Shown here: positions 1 through 11,879 of the stretch, one piece after another | Layout: the number at the start of each line of letters is the position of its first letter | Position numbering within the stretch: position 1 is the first letter of the stretch | Assembly: GCA_013265495.1 (NCBI GenBank) | Contig: MU058198.1 | Coordinates: 5,223,779-5,287,778 of the forward strand | DNA: 64,000 nucleotides | Direction of reading: 5' to 3' | From: Vicugna vicugna | Taxonomy: Eukaryota | Made by a program: the position numbers and the translations under genes | Notes under the pieces: generated by a model | The model's input: the letters and a program-made list of their open reading frames with translations, nothing else | The model's database searches: none | Told to the model about the DNA's origin: nothing

Positions 1-1344
1 TGTATCCTCTTGGGTCTGTTTGAAACTCTCCTTTCTGTATTTTCTCCCTGAAACCAAGGGACAGGCAGAGGAATGACATTTTCTTTGCCAAGATCAATTT
101 GAAGTCCTCGGCAGGAGCTCGCATTAATCACCTTCTTAGAGGCTCTCTCTTTCTGCTGCTCGGAAAGACTATTGTCAAAGGTAAAGGGGCCAGGAACTTC
201 ATTGATTCCCTTCCCACAGTATATGAATAGGTCCCCTTTATCTAACTAAAGAGGTGTATTGTCAAAATTCCCTGCATTCAACCCCTACTACTTTGAACTT
301 CATGTGGTTCCATTGACCCAGGACAACAAAAGCATGCAAATCTTGCCTCCAAACTCATGGAGATAAAGCCAATGTCACATGTTTATTCCCCCATCTGGGC
401 CAATTAGCTTTCCTCTATTCAGTGAACCAAAGAAGCCCCCACGACTGAGTGTCTACTATGGGAAAAACTTCGTGCTAATCACAGAGAATGAAGAGATGAG
501 TGGCCTAGTCTTTTTCTTGGGAAATACATTGGGGTGGCGGAGAAAGGAATACAACATCATAGTAAAAAGTGTTAAAAGCTCTGGTAGAAGGAAGATCTAC
601 ACGGGAATTTAGAATGAAAAAAATAAAATGAGGGATATGAGTGGTGCTGAAGGTTTCTCATGGAGAATTAACATTTGTGTCAGGTCAAGGAGCTATGAGC
701 GAGGGTTTTCCTAGAAGCTAGCATAGGAAGAACTTGCAGGGGATGGATGCATGTTCTATACCGTAAGTGTGGAAAAGGACTTGACCATCCAGAACTCATC
801 TTCCCCTGGGATAGAATCAGTTATGTTGACAATGTTCAGGGCCCCTGGTGCAGTAGGGAAGCTGATGAAGGGAAGCAAAAGATACTGAAGCTAAGTCTTG
901 TGTATCTACCAACCTGCTGGGGACCTGCCCTTCAGGGATGGATATAGAGCCAGCGCCAGAGGGAGAAAGGAGTGAAATTTTATTTTTCAGAACTTCATCA
1001 ATACCCGTTCCCTTGATTACCTATTCCCAGCACAGTTGGCTACCACAGAGAACAGAAGTGGGAAGAGTGGCCAAATTTAAAGCAAATGATGGAGGACCCT
1101 TTGCTCTGAGTCAGCCTAAAATAGCTTACTATCCCCTCTACTGCACCATTAAGTCTACTCCTGATTCATCCAAAGCGTGTATCCCAAGACAGAAGCTAGA
1201 GAAATAGCCTCTGAAACTGAAGAATCTCTCTGGGAGGTGGGGGTTTTGGCACTTGATTGTATATGTGATGCTTGTTATTTAGATTTTTAGAGATTACTAT
1301 CAGAATAACTTGGAATATGTTGTCTGTAGTTACACAGTCTGATT

Positions 1345-1402
1345 GCCACTGATCTGAATTAAGATGTGCTATAAGCATAAATCACACACTAAGTTTTGAG
1401 GA
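1345..1402. mobile_element. MER33-like hAT-Charlie MITE fragment
   Basis: TCTGAATTAAGATGTGCTATAAGCATAAATCACACAC resembles the MER33 core (remembered consensus). Confidence 0.45.
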
Positions 1403-1419
1403 GTAGGGTTATTCCTCCC

Positions 1420-1885
1420 ACACGTAATCCATGACATTTGGGTTGGCTAGTTCATACTTCCAGGATGCAGAGGTAAGATCATGATCTAGGATGGCCAGTG
1501 AGAATTCCATATTCCCCAAGCTCCATGGACTTGCAAAAAATGGGCGGGTGACCTACCCTCCTGGACCAAAGCTAACAGGAATCGGACCCTGGTGTTTTGT
1601 TCAAACCATCAATAAAGAGGTTTCTGTTTCCAGTAGGATTCCTCAACCAGGAAGATGTAAGCTTGGGGCTGCTACTGCTCACTTTTTCACCTCTGGAAGG
1701 GAGCCTGACCGAAAATGAGAACAAGAAACAAAACCAAAATATACAGGGAGACAGATTCCCAATGACATCATTGGAACATCTGGATCTAACTGTACCTGAA
1801 GCCAGATATTTTTCAATTACATGTGCCAATACAACTTATGCTTAAACCAATTTTAATTGTATTTTGCCCCTTGCAACTGAAAGGC
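1420..1885 (+). mobile_element. Old MaLR solo LTR (MLT1K/L-like)
   Basis: Diagnostic 3' motifs: GACATCATTGGAACATCTGGATCTAACTGTACCTGAAGCCAGA ... GCTTAAACCAATTTTAATTG ... CTTGCAACTGAAAG. Confidence 0.7.
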
Positions 1886-2134
1886 CAAAGAAACATCATA
1901 ATCGGCTCCCCTCCTCTTTCTGTACTTAACCTCTCACCTTTCCCCACCATGCCATTCATTGTATTATTTGTATCGAAATCTTTGCCTGTTTTGAAACAGG
2001 CCAATGTTTTGCACACACACCATTTCTTTGCACACACATTTTCATTTCCTTATGCAATTTTTCTTTTCCCACCAGAAATTCAACTCTGTCAGAGGAAAAA
2101 TATGTCTTTCCTGATATTTTAATCCAGGTACCAA

Positions 2135-2265
2135 TTCTATCATTCATTTAATAATGCAGTCGAATGCCCTCTATGTTCCAGGCCCTGTGTTAGGTGGTTG
2201 AGGTCCATGTTGGACAAGACCTACTTTCTCTGTCTTCGTGGGAAGTCTATTCAATCAGGGAAAAT
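2135..2265 (-). mobile_element. L2 3' end fragment
   Basis: TCATTCATTT...CTATGTTCCAGGCCCTGTGTTAGGT is the reverse complement of the L2 tail. Confidence 0.6.
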
Positions 2266-3489
2266 ACTCGCATATTCCCAATTATTCTTTCCATTATGGA
2301 TTTGGTTCCACCTTGGAAAGCAGCACAGAAACACATGGATGAACTTAAAAATCAAATGATTAAATGAAATGAAGTAAGATACTTTAGAAATAAATCCCTA
2401 TCATTTCCAATTTATTTTACCAAGGGAGATTGATTTCAGATTCATGCAGGTGTACAAAGAACCTGGGGTACATGGTTTGAACCTCCACTCCTACCCCATA
2501 CCATGAACTCATGTTTCCTTGGCCTGGCTGAGTGGTATTTTGTCTCTCTGTGAAATGTGGCTAGAGATTACTATTATTACAAGTCATATCAGAATCCTCT
2601 GACATCATCACCACTTCTTAAAGAAGACTGAAATTTTTTTTTGCATTTTTTTAATTTATTTGTCTGGCAATCCTTGTGGTCAATATCTGAGAATTGAAAC
2701 AACTATGAAAAGATTAATCAAATTCCCTTAGTGACAAAAATATAATTATTCCTTGTTATAGCTAGAATCCTGATTGAATCAGCTATTGATTGTCTGGGGT
2801 ACAACTTGGAATAGCAGATGCAACTGTAGACATTTTCTCTAAGGCTCAACGATTCTCTCATGTCAGATATCTCCCAAATCCTGCACTCTTTAAAACCCAG
2901 ACACAGAAGGCTGACTGCAAGCCTTTGGCTGAAAGACTAACATGGTATTTAAAAAGTAAAAGACTTTGGTCTCCTTTGTCCAACAAAGTTCAAATTTCCC
3001 CTACAGCAATAAACACCTTATCTGAGAAGTAGGCAGTCCAGGCTAAAGTCTTCAACCATGAAATTATATGACTCTGCCTTGACCTCTGGTTTTCTCCAGT
3101 GCATCTCATTCATAGAATACAAACAGCAGCTCTGGGCTGTTTCTCTGATCCAACTGTTGAATTGTGTAAATCCTGAGCATTGCAGGCTTCCATACAAAGG
3201 CATCCAGGTAACGAGGACATCTTTATCTGTCCCCATATACCCTGAGCATGACTGAGCAGCCCCAGGGGCTCATGCTACATGATGTATGTCTCTGACACCT
3301 TTGTGTCCAAGCCTCCAGCAGGCAAGGAGGAGGCAGGCTCCTTCTGGATGTGAAAGCTCAGGCTTTACTGCAGTGATGAGTAGTGGCTGATAATATGCCA
3401 AGCTGAAGCAGAATCCCCCTCCATGCTTAGTCCGACTACTTAGTGTTATTAACAATGGTTATCAGCCCACCCCTGGAATATATGTTATA

Positions 3490-3657
3490 ATGGCTTGGTA
3501 TTCAAAGTGTGGTCCATGGGCCAGCAGTATGGGAAGAACCTGAAATTTATTACAGATGCCGATTTCAAGCCCTATCACAGAACTAATGGATCAGAATCTT
3601 CATTTTAAACAATCCCAGGTGATTCTTGTGTACATTAATTTTTGAGAAGTCCTGGTG
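3490..3657. mobile_element. MER5A-type hAT MITE
   Basis: TTCAAAGTGTGGTCCATGGGCCAGCAG ... ATCAGAATCTTCATTTTAAACAATCCCAGGTGATTC ... TTTGAGAAG. Confidence 0.8.
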
Positions 3658-4028
3658 CAATGGAGCTCTGTTATTCCTGTTCCAAATCCTCTCATCCTAG
3701 TTCTGATAATACCCTGAATTTATTCTTTTTGGGGAGTCAACCCACTCCACCCTCAGGCCCTTGGCTGAGGGAATCAGTGTGTCCCATTGTCTGACCTCAG
3801 TGATTCGTCCAGGGATGAGCATGTGATTCGTTGAGGGCAGGGGCATTTGGGCCCATGACAGTTGTTTGAATTGTTGTGAGGGTGAGAGATGATCTTCACT
3901 TTGTAGTTGACCTTTGAGGAATGCAAGCCTGGAACTGCTAAAGGCCACTTTATAGAGGCTGATGATGAAAGTACAATCAGAAATCAGAGCCAACACAAGA
4001 TATGTTTGCTAAACAAATAAAAGAATGC

Positions 4029-4103
<75 letters not shown>

Positions 4104-4105
4104 AA
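4029..4105 (+). repeat. (AAAG)n tetranucleotide microsatellite
   Basis: About 19 perfect AGAA units, seen directly. Confidence 0.98.
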
Positions 4106-4239
4106 TCAGAGCCAAGAATTGGGCAAAAGTAAATCTTCATGCTATTATTTGAGCCCCCGGATCAAGTGATGCTTGAAAATTCCACCTCCATATTATTAGT
4201 AGCACAAAACAGTACATTCTTCTAATGTTTTCATTATTG

Positions 4240-4741
4240 TTATATCTATTTATCTGTGTACATATAAATAAAGAGAAAATTATATGGGGATGTATATATT
4301 ATATCTATTTGGATAGCTAGCAAGCTCTATGTATCTATTTATCAAATTTTATTTTAAGGTATTGGCTCACACAGTTGTAGGGGATGGCAAGTTTGAAGTC
4401 CCCAGGGCAAGCTAGCAGTTTGGACATCCAGGTAAAAGTTGATGTTGCAGTCTTGAGTTTGAGTGCTAGAAACAGGTAGACTTTCTCATGTTGTGGTCTG
4501 GAGGCAGAATTTTTTCTCTATTTTGGGAGGGGGGAATCTCAGTCTTTGCTCATAAAGCCTTCAACTGATTGGATGAGGCCCACCCACATTATGGAGGTGA
4601 AGATGCTTTCCTTAAAGTCATTCAATTGTAAGTGTTAATCACATTTAAAAAAAAATACCTTTATGGCAATATCTAGACTGGTGTTTGACCAAACAGCTAG
4701 GTACTATGAGCTAGCCAAGTTGACATGTAAAATTAATCACT
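4240..4741 (-). mobile_element. MLT2 (ERVL) solo LTR, MLT2B/C-like
   Basis: GCCTTCAACTGATTGGATGAGGCCCACCCACATTATGGAGG and terminal GCCAAGTTGACATGTAAAATTAATCAC. Confidence 0.85.
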
Positions 4742-5139
4742 TGGGTTTTCTGAATCTTGCAATTGAAATAGTTGATGGGGGTGCTAATAATCCTTAGGGA
4801 TGACTCTTCCACTCACCTGAACATCCATAATAGAGAACTGCTTTTTTCTTTCTTGCAAAGGGCTGACTTTGTTCAACAAAATGAGCAAAGCAACTTAAAC
4901 CCAATTTTATTCTCTGGAATCTAAAGAGCTCAGGGCTGGGAAAGACATTAAAGTCTAACCAGAGTTTTCTAAATTTCAATTATTTTCTTAGCACTTTGGT
5001 GACTTTTCCCCATAATTACAATCCACAACTTTAAATCAATATTATTTTTTACTGACATATTTATTATAAAAGTAATATTTATATTACTGCCGTAAATATA
5101 AATCCCATATCACTTACCGTAAATATATAATACTTACAC

Positions 5140-5622
5140 AGATGAGTTGATTAGTGTCCTCTTTTTTCTTTTTAGATTCCACATATGATTGATAGTATAT
5201 GGTATTTTTCTTTCTCTTTCTGGCTTACTTCACTTAGAATGACGATCTCCAGGTTGCTGCAAATGGCATTATTTTATTCTTTTTCATGGCGGGGTAGTAT
5301 TCCATTGTATAAATATACCATAACTTCTTTATCCAGTCATCTGTCAATGGACATTTATGTTGCTTCCATGACTTGGCTATTGTAAATAGTGCTGCTATGA
5401 ACACTGGGGTGCATGCATCTTTTTGAATTAGAGTTCCCTGCCAAGAGTGGGATTTCTGGATCATAAAATCTATTTTTTAGTTTTTTGAGTAATTTCTGTA
5501 CTGTTTTCCATAATGGCTGCACCAAACTACATTCCCACCAGCAGTGTAGGAGGGTTCCCTTTTCTCCACACCCTCTCCAGCACTTATCATTTGTAGACTT
5601 TTTAATAATGGCCATTCTGACT
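5140..5622 (-). mobile_element. L1 ORF2 C-terminus and start of 3' UTR (inverted part of a 5'-inverted L1)
   Basis: ORF track 5355..5615 ([39 protein letters not shown]) and 5234..5464 (CTPVFIAALFTIAKSWKQHKCP...KKLWYIYTMEYY) match the L1 ORF2 Cys-rich C-terminal domain; frameshifted. Confidence 0.95.
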
Positions 5623-5903
5623 TGCAGACATAGTAAACAATCTCATGGTTACTGAGGGAAAGGAGATGGAAATGGATAAATTTGGGAGTTTGAGATTTGC
5701 AAATGTTAATCACTATAGATAAAAAACAAATTGCTTCTGTATAGCACAAGGAACTATATTCAATATCTTGTAATAACCTTTAATGAAAAAGAATGAAAAT
5801 GAATATATGTACATGTATGCATGACTGGGACAATATGCTGTACACCAGAAATTGACACATTGTAACTGACTATACTTCAATTAAAAAATAAATAAAAAAT
5901 AAA
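5619..5903 (+). mobile_element. Artiodactyl-type L1 3' UTR with A-rich tail
   Basis: GACTTGCAGACATAGTAAACAATCTCATGGTTAC ... CTGTACACCAGAAATTGACACATTGTAACTGACTATACTTCAATTAAAAAATAAATAAAAAAT. Confidence 0.9.
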
Positions 5904-6070
5904 GTAGATAAGCAAGAAAGATATATTATACAGCACAGGGAATTACAGTCATTATCGTGTAATAACTTTTAATGGAGTAAAATCTAAAAATACTGAATTA
6001 AAAGGCTGTACTGAAACTAATATAATATTGTAAATTAACTAAGCTACAATTAAAGTAAATAAAAATAAAA
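5904..6070 (+). mobile_element. Second, more diverged L1 3' UTR fragment
   Basis: TAGATAAGCAAGAAAGATATATTATACAGCACAGGGAATTA ... CTGAAACTAATATAATATTGTAAATTAACTA. Confidence 0.75.
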
Positions 6071-6721
6071 AGTACATAAATAAATACAATGAGAACAAAA
6101 TAATGTTTCAAAACTCTTGCAAAATGCTATTACCTGCAAAAGAATCTTCATCTAAGGATTTATTTCCCTTTCTAAAAAAAGGGGGATTCAAAGCAAGTGG
6201 TAGGTATTGAAGACAAATGAGATGTTCTCCTTGACAAAATTGGAATAATTGAAAGGAAATTGAAAAGGAATAACCTTTTTACTGCTTGATTTGATGTTAT
6301 TTAATGGTGTGCCGGTGTGGCATCTGTATTACCAACTGCAGCATGTGCCCCACCCTTTGGGAAAGACTAATTTCAGTCTAATGTCAATTGCTGATTTCCA
6401 ACTACTATAACCTCAGGGCAGTGAGTATCCAGGCTTCACTTGGACTTTTCCTGTGATGAGAAACTCATGACCCACCAAAACAGATTCTGTCATTGGATAT
6501 GGATACGAATTAGAAAACTCTGCCTTTGCTGAGCTCAACACCCCCGCTGTGGTTTCCATCATCTGATATCATGGTGCTACCTCTTGGGGACATACAAACC
6601 CTAAACTTAGTCCTACCCAAATTCTCCATGCTAGCCTTCCTGGGAGCTGAAGCTGGCTCCTATGGGAACTAGAATGTTCCTGTGGCTTCTCCTCTGGTGC
6701 CTTTCCTTCTGTCCTCTATGT

Positions 6722-7075
6722 ATAAAAAACAAAAACAAAAACACAAACAGAAACAAAGAACAAATACAGGACAGAAATAGACTCACAGACAGAGAATACA
6801 GACTCGTGGTTGCCAGGGGTGTGGAGGGTGGGAAGGGATAGACTGGGATTTCAAAATTGTAGAATAGATAAACAAGATTACACTGTATAGCACAGGGAAA
6901 TATACACAAAATGTTACCATAAATCACAGAGAAAAAAATGTGACAATGAGTGTGTATATGTCCATGAATGACTGAAAAATTGTGCTGAACACTGGAATTT
7001 GACACAACACTGTAAAATGATTATAAATCAATAAAAAATGTTTTAAAAAAAAGAAAACTAAAATGAAAAAAAAAA
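6722..7075 (+). mobile_element. Young lineage-specific L1 3' UTR, 5'-truncated, with A-rich tail
   Basis: AGAAATAGACTCACAGACAGAGAATACAGACTCGTGGTTGCCAGGGG ... TGTAAAATGATTATAAATCAATAAAAAATG, then A-runs. Confidence 0.9.
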
Positions 7076-7199
7076 TCATATTTGTCAAACTCCAAAACTG
7101 ACTGCAAGCCCCGAATATGGCAGAGCCAACAATACTTTGGGGACAGTGGTACAACGTTGAAGTTTAGGATGAACACGCCCACCTGGTTAATCTTAGCTC

Positions 7200-7667
7200 A
7201 CATCACTCTTCTCATCTCTTTATGTTCCAGCCATACTGGCTCTCTCTCTGTCTCTCTCTCCCTCTCCCCACCGCCCCATCCCTGTCTCCCTTTAACATGC
7301 CAACTTGTCCCTAATGGGGGATATTTCCACTTTCTGTTCCTACTATCTCGAAAGATACTTCCCAATTCCTTGGCACGGCTTTCTTCTTATTAGTTAAATC
7401 TCACTTCAAAAATCATTTCCTCGGAGAGGCTTTCTTTGAATAACCAAAATAGAGAATTTTTTACCCCACAGAGGCTTTCTCCCCAAGCAATCCTATTTAT
7501 TTGCTTCGTAACACATAACCCTCCCAAATTATCTTGTCGGTTTACTTGGTTTTATTTAAAACACAAACCACATAATAGCAGGGAACTCACTGCTTTCTCT
7601 AATACTTACAAGAATGCTTGGAATTCAGTATCTGTTTTGTGAGTATTTGTTCAATGCATAGATGAAA
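7200..7667 (+). mobile_element. L2 3' region (L2a-like)
   Basis: TCCAGCCATACTGGC ... TCCTCGGAGAGGCTTTCTTTGA ... GAGTATTTGTTCAATGCATAGATGAA. Confidence 0.75.
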
Positions 7668-7819
7668 TGGAGACAATAGCGTCGCTACTTGAAAATGTTT
7701 AAAACTTATTCCCTTACTCATTTACCTATACACTCATTAATTCAAAGTTGTTTTTTTTTTTAATTGGGAGTATTATGTGTCTTCCTGAGAACTGCACACT
7801 CTCTTGCCTCTCTCCCCTG

Positions 7820-8170
7820 GATTTATTCCAGTTTGTCCATCTCACTTTTCCAGTGCTTTAGGCAAAACTGAATCTTCTACGTGTGCTCTGAATCTGTTAC
7901 AGTAAGTGCATAGCCTTCCTTAGTCTGGGTGCTTTCCTCCTATTAATAGAGTCTACAATCACATCAGATTTTTTGGCAGCCTCATCACTCTTGCAATACC
8001 TACAAGCTTAATGCAAAAAAACAGGAGAGGTTGAGTTTTTAAATGTGTCTTTGTGCTAAGCCACATGACCTTGGGCAGCTGGCTTCTTCATACAAATTCA
8101 GGACCTTGCATTCATCCTTGTTAAATTTCATCATACCCTCTGACAGGTATCTCTGTTGTCTTTGCATCTC
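7820..8170 (-). mobile_element. CR1/L3 LINE fossil (ORF2, after the RT core)
   Basis: Minus-strand peptide MMKFNKDECKVLNL matches the CR1 motif MKFNKDKCKVLHL; TTTTTGGCAGCC...TCAC and CCAGTTTGTC are also L3-like. Confidence 0.7.
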
Positions 8171-8384
8171 CCAGTCTGTGACTTTATTTGGGTTCTGGCA
8201 GACTGTATAAGCGGTGATTTGCAGAGTTGCTTCATGGCAAGCAAAGACTGAGTGACAACTGAACACACTGAGCACCCATTTCTCCACTGATTCCAGTCAG
8301 TGTGAGCCTGAGCCATGGCAAGGAAAAAAATGAAACACCATGGAAATATATTTTTTAAAAATCAGAATAAAAATAAACACTCCT

Positions 8385-8775
8385 TGCTTCATTATCTGTT
8401 TCTCTGTAATAAATTACACCCAAACAGGGCTGAATAAAACAAGAACTTACAATGTCTCATAATTCTGGGGTGTGACTAGATGGTTCCTCTGCTTCATGTG
8501 ATGCTGTTGGGGGCAGCACAGGAAAGCTAGAAGTCTGAAGTTGCCCCATGCCCGCTGTGAGCAACTGATGTTGGATGCTGTCTGGGCGCTCAGCTGGTGC
8601 TTGGGCACCATTCTCCTCCATGTGGACCCATCCACATGGCCTCTTGGCTTTCTCACAGCATGCAGCCCAAGTCCCGAGGTCCATGTTCTCAGAGATATGG
8701 GTGGAAGCTGCAGCCCCCTCCAGGCGCAGCCTTGGCAGGTGGACGGCTCTCTCCCACTACGCTCCATTGCTTATG
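8385..8775 (-). mobile_element. MaLR solo LTR (MLT1F/G/H-like)
   Basis: TGTAATAAATTACACCCAAA ... CATTCTCCTCCATGTGG ... CTTGGCTTTCTCACAGCATG ... GGTGGAAGCTGCAG. Confidence 0.75.
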
Positions 8776-8789
8776 AAGGGTCATGGGGT

Positions 8790-8930
8790 TAGCTCAGGTT
8801 TTGCAGATGAGGAAACTGAGGTTGAATAACAGGAATTTGCACACTTGACCCCTCAGAACTTTCATGAGAAAGGAGATGAGCTCTGAAATCCAAGAATCCA
8901 AGAGACCTGACTGTGTCAGGGTGCAGCTGC
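8790..8930 (-). mobile_element. MIR SINE fragment
   Basis: Core TTTTGCAGATGAGGAAACTGAGG. Confidence 0.7.
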
Positions 8931-8936
8931 TGTGTA

Positions 8937-8937
<1 letters not shown>

Positions 8938-8980
<43 letters not shown>
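8938..8980 (+). repeat. (ATT)n microsatellite
   Basis: About 14 perfect units. Confidence 0.97.
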
Positions 8981-8981
<1 letters not shown>

Positions 8982-9039
8982 AAAGTAAAAAAATACCCTG
9001 AAAGTTGCAAAGTTTCATTTTTAAAGAACGCAAATAAAT

Positions 9040-9430
9040 AAAGAGCAAACAAAAATTACCACTACTTTGGAGATAATGGTAATGTTCTTTACATTTGGGG
9101 TTTTATCTTTCCAGTTGTTTTCCTATGTTTTTTGTTTTCTTTTATGCTTTCGCATATATATAATATTGTAAAATATAGTATTATATAAATGATATATAAT
9201 ATTATAGTAGATTATATGTAACATTTTATAGTATTTTATATATATGCTTATTTTGTATCCTGCCTTTTTTATTTAAAAATTTTGTCACGAGCATTATTCT
9301 TTCTATGCCTTTAAATGTCCAGCTAATGTTACATTAATTTAATGCCCTGTACCACAAGTTGCCCATCCCCTGATGCTTGACATTTAGGTTGTTTCTAATT
9401 TGTCACTGTCACAAAGCAATTGCTAGGGTT
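9040..9430 (-). mobile_element. Ancient L1ME-type 3' fragment
   Basis: TTTTGTATCCTGCCTTTTT and TGCTTGACATTTAGGTTGTTTCTAATTT. Confidence 0.55.
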
Positions 9431-10189
9431 ATCAAGCAAAACCCAGCACAGTCTGCCCAATGACCATGCTTGGTGTTCCTCTGTCATGCAAGCTATATTT
9501 ACTTCCTCCCAAGCCTGCTAATCTTCCTATTTTGTTATGGTATCAGGTTCAGCCTCAAGGTGTAAGATCTCATCATCTAAGTCTAAATAAGGATCCCTGG
9601 GTTCAGGTCCCTGGATGTCATGCCCCAGATGAAGAGGCCTATAAGCCAGAAAGACAATTCATCTGCTTCCACAAGCTCAGCATAAAATAGAATGGAAAAA
9701 ACCCAGCGTGACCCAGAGGCTCATGGTGGTCACTGGTCCAGAGCATTTCTGAAATCTTATGTGTGTGTTGCCAATTCTCCCTGCTTTGCAGGCAAGAATG
9801 TGTATTGGTTAGGATCTATTTCTCCTTCCAGGAATCATTCCCAGTATCTCTCTACTTTGGAGTGTAGTCCAGACCCTGCAGCCCAACATTACTTGAAGTC
9901 CTTTTGTCTAGTGATGGGGTCTAGCATTCCCCCTTTATCTTTGTCTGGGGCTGTAACAAAAAACGTTACAGACAAATCCTTCAGTTGATCTTGACCCGAA
10001 GCTATGTTTTGATGACAATACCCTGGATTTGATCTTTGCCTCAAATTTTTATTTTCTTTGAGACTCTTTGACTCCACAGAGAAGCTGAGAAATAGAAACA
10101 ATTTTATTTCCTAAACCTTCGAGTCCTAGGTTGAGAATATTTCCTCTAAATTCTGCTTGCATACTGAACAATGTACATCCATACAACAA

Positions 10190-10370
10190 AGAGCCATTTA
10201 ATCCTTGAAACCCTTGTGGGATAGATTAATGTGGTCTTCATCCTATGGGCAAGGAAGTGGAAGCACAGACAGGGTAATTCATACGCTGGCGTTCCCAGCA
10301 GTAGTACACTGGAGAGATGGGGATTAAACTCAGGCTGGTCTGGTTTCTGATCCCATGCTCTTAACCTCTC
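10190..10370 (-). mobile_element. MIR SINE
   Basis: TTTAATCCT ... GGGATTAAACTCAGGCTGGTCTGG ... CCCATGCTCTTAACC. Confidence 0.65.
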
Positions 10371-10377
10371 ACAGCCT

Positions 10378-10733
10378 TTCTATTCATTTGCTCAGGCTGC
10401 CATTAGACAGACTGAATGGCTTAAACAATAGAAATTTATTTTCTGAAAATTCTGGAGTTCAGGAAGTCCAGGATCAAGGTGCCAGCCAATTTGGTGTCTA
10501 GTGAGAGCTCTCTTCCTTAACTTGCTGACGGCCACCCTCTTACTGTGTCCTCACGTGGTGGAGAGAGAGAGAGAACTCTCTCCTCACACAAGTAGCCTAA
10601 TCCTATGGGATCAGAGTTCCACCCATATGGCCTCCTTGAACCTAAATTACCTCCATGAAGATCCATCTCTAAATACATTGGGGATTAGGGCTTGAACATA
10701 AGAATTCTGGGGCTTCCCAGTTCAGACCACATA
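10378..10733 (-). mobile_element. MLT1A-type MaLR solo LTR
   Basis: GGCTTAAACAATAGAAATTTATTTTCT ... GAAGTCCAGGATCAAGGTGCCAGC ... GGGGATTAGGGCTTGAACATAAGAATTCTGGGG. Confidence 0.85.
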
Positions 10734-10844
10734 CCCTTCTGCCCATCCTGATAGAACCACATTTCATCCTGCAGTGGCCAAAGCCCTCCCAGAGGGTGTA
10801 AGGAGCCATCCTTAAGGAGAACACACTTCTTATTACACTGTGTT

Positions 10845-11000
10845 AATCTATTCATGCACTTAGTCATCAAGCAGTTGTTGAAAGTCTGCTAACTGCTAGG
10901 CATTGTTGTAGACACTGGTAATACAATGATGAATAAGTCAGAAATTATTCTTGCTTTTAAGCAACTTATAATACCCATTAGGAAAATAGCTATTAAGAAT
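10845..11000 (-). mobile_element. L2 3' fragment
   Basis: TGCTAGGCATTGTTGTAGACACTGGTAATACAATGATGAATAAG. Confidence 0.6.
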
Positions 11001-11879
11001 TTTAAATAATTGTTGTTATAGTTTTCTGTGTACTTCCAAGAAGCAATAAAAGGCACCGTTATGCAAGCTTTAAATAATAGCGTGATTTGGGAATTTGGCC
11101 CAGAGTTCAGGAAATTTAAACATGTAACATTTAAAATAATGATTTAAAAGCCTGTACAAATGTCATGCCCTTTCTCCCTCAGCCAATGCCTTTCTTACAA
11201 ACATCAAAGTCTACTCCTTCCCCGTCATGGGGGAAGTCAGGGGTTGACCAGGCTGAACCTCTATGACAGCTGGCGGAGGAAGAGGTACCCACCCTCTTGG
11301 CCAAGGACAGGTGTCCACTGCCCATGGCAGCCAGTGAGACACCTTGTCTTCATCCACATCTTCACATGCCTTGTCTCCATGTCTTCCGGATTGTTCTTCA
11401 TACAAATTGCTTGTGACTGTGCTGACAGGTAGATTGAATTAAGTTTGAGAATCCACAGAAGTCTTTCTTGGGGAAGTGACATTTGAGAAAAAGATGTAAA
11501 AACTTCATGAATTTGCTGAGCATCCATACATAGCATCATGTCAGTCGTCTCCGTTGGGTCCCCGTATTAGTCAATGTGGGTGAAGCGGAAGTGATTATAG
11601 TACAGGCTGTGTTGTCAGAGGCTTGGCTTGAACCCTCTCCCTGAACCCAGCAGAAAGTGTGATGTTAAATAAATTACTTGGCCTCTCTGGGCTTGGTTTC
11701 ATCTTTCATAAAATTCAACAAGTAATACTATTGAGTCATTGTGAAGACCCAGCAGGCTGATGCGGAACACATCAGTGCTTTGGACAAAGACAGAGCTTGG
11801 GGTCTTGTTTGAGTTGGAAGGAGGAAGGGAGGGCTTTGGAGAGAGAAGCAATCCTTTATTTATTTGCTGGGATAGCCAC

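Larger units (their letters stand above)
3700..4775 (+). mobile_element. MLT1K-like MaLR LTR, interrupted by an (AAAG)n tract and an MLT2 LTR
   Basis: TGCAAGCCTGGAACTGCTAAAGGCCAC and TTTGAGCCCCCGGATCAAG; resumes as TTGGGTTTTCTGAATCTTGCAATTGAAA after 4741. Confidence 0.6.
4985..6370. mobile_element. Old hAT-Charlie-like element, split by L1 insertions (own sequence ~4985-5125 and ~6070-6370)
   Basis: AT-rich body ending GTGCCCCACCCTTTGGGAAAGACT, a Charlie-type terminus; family uncertain. Confidence 0.35.

Noticed and set aside
5234..5615. ORFs with clear protein homology
   Set aside because: Frameshifted L1 ORF2 remnants, not a host gene.
9560..10160. Possible MaLR-internal or other LTR-derived sequence
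   Set aside because: The resemblance is too vague to assign by eye; needs a Dfam search.
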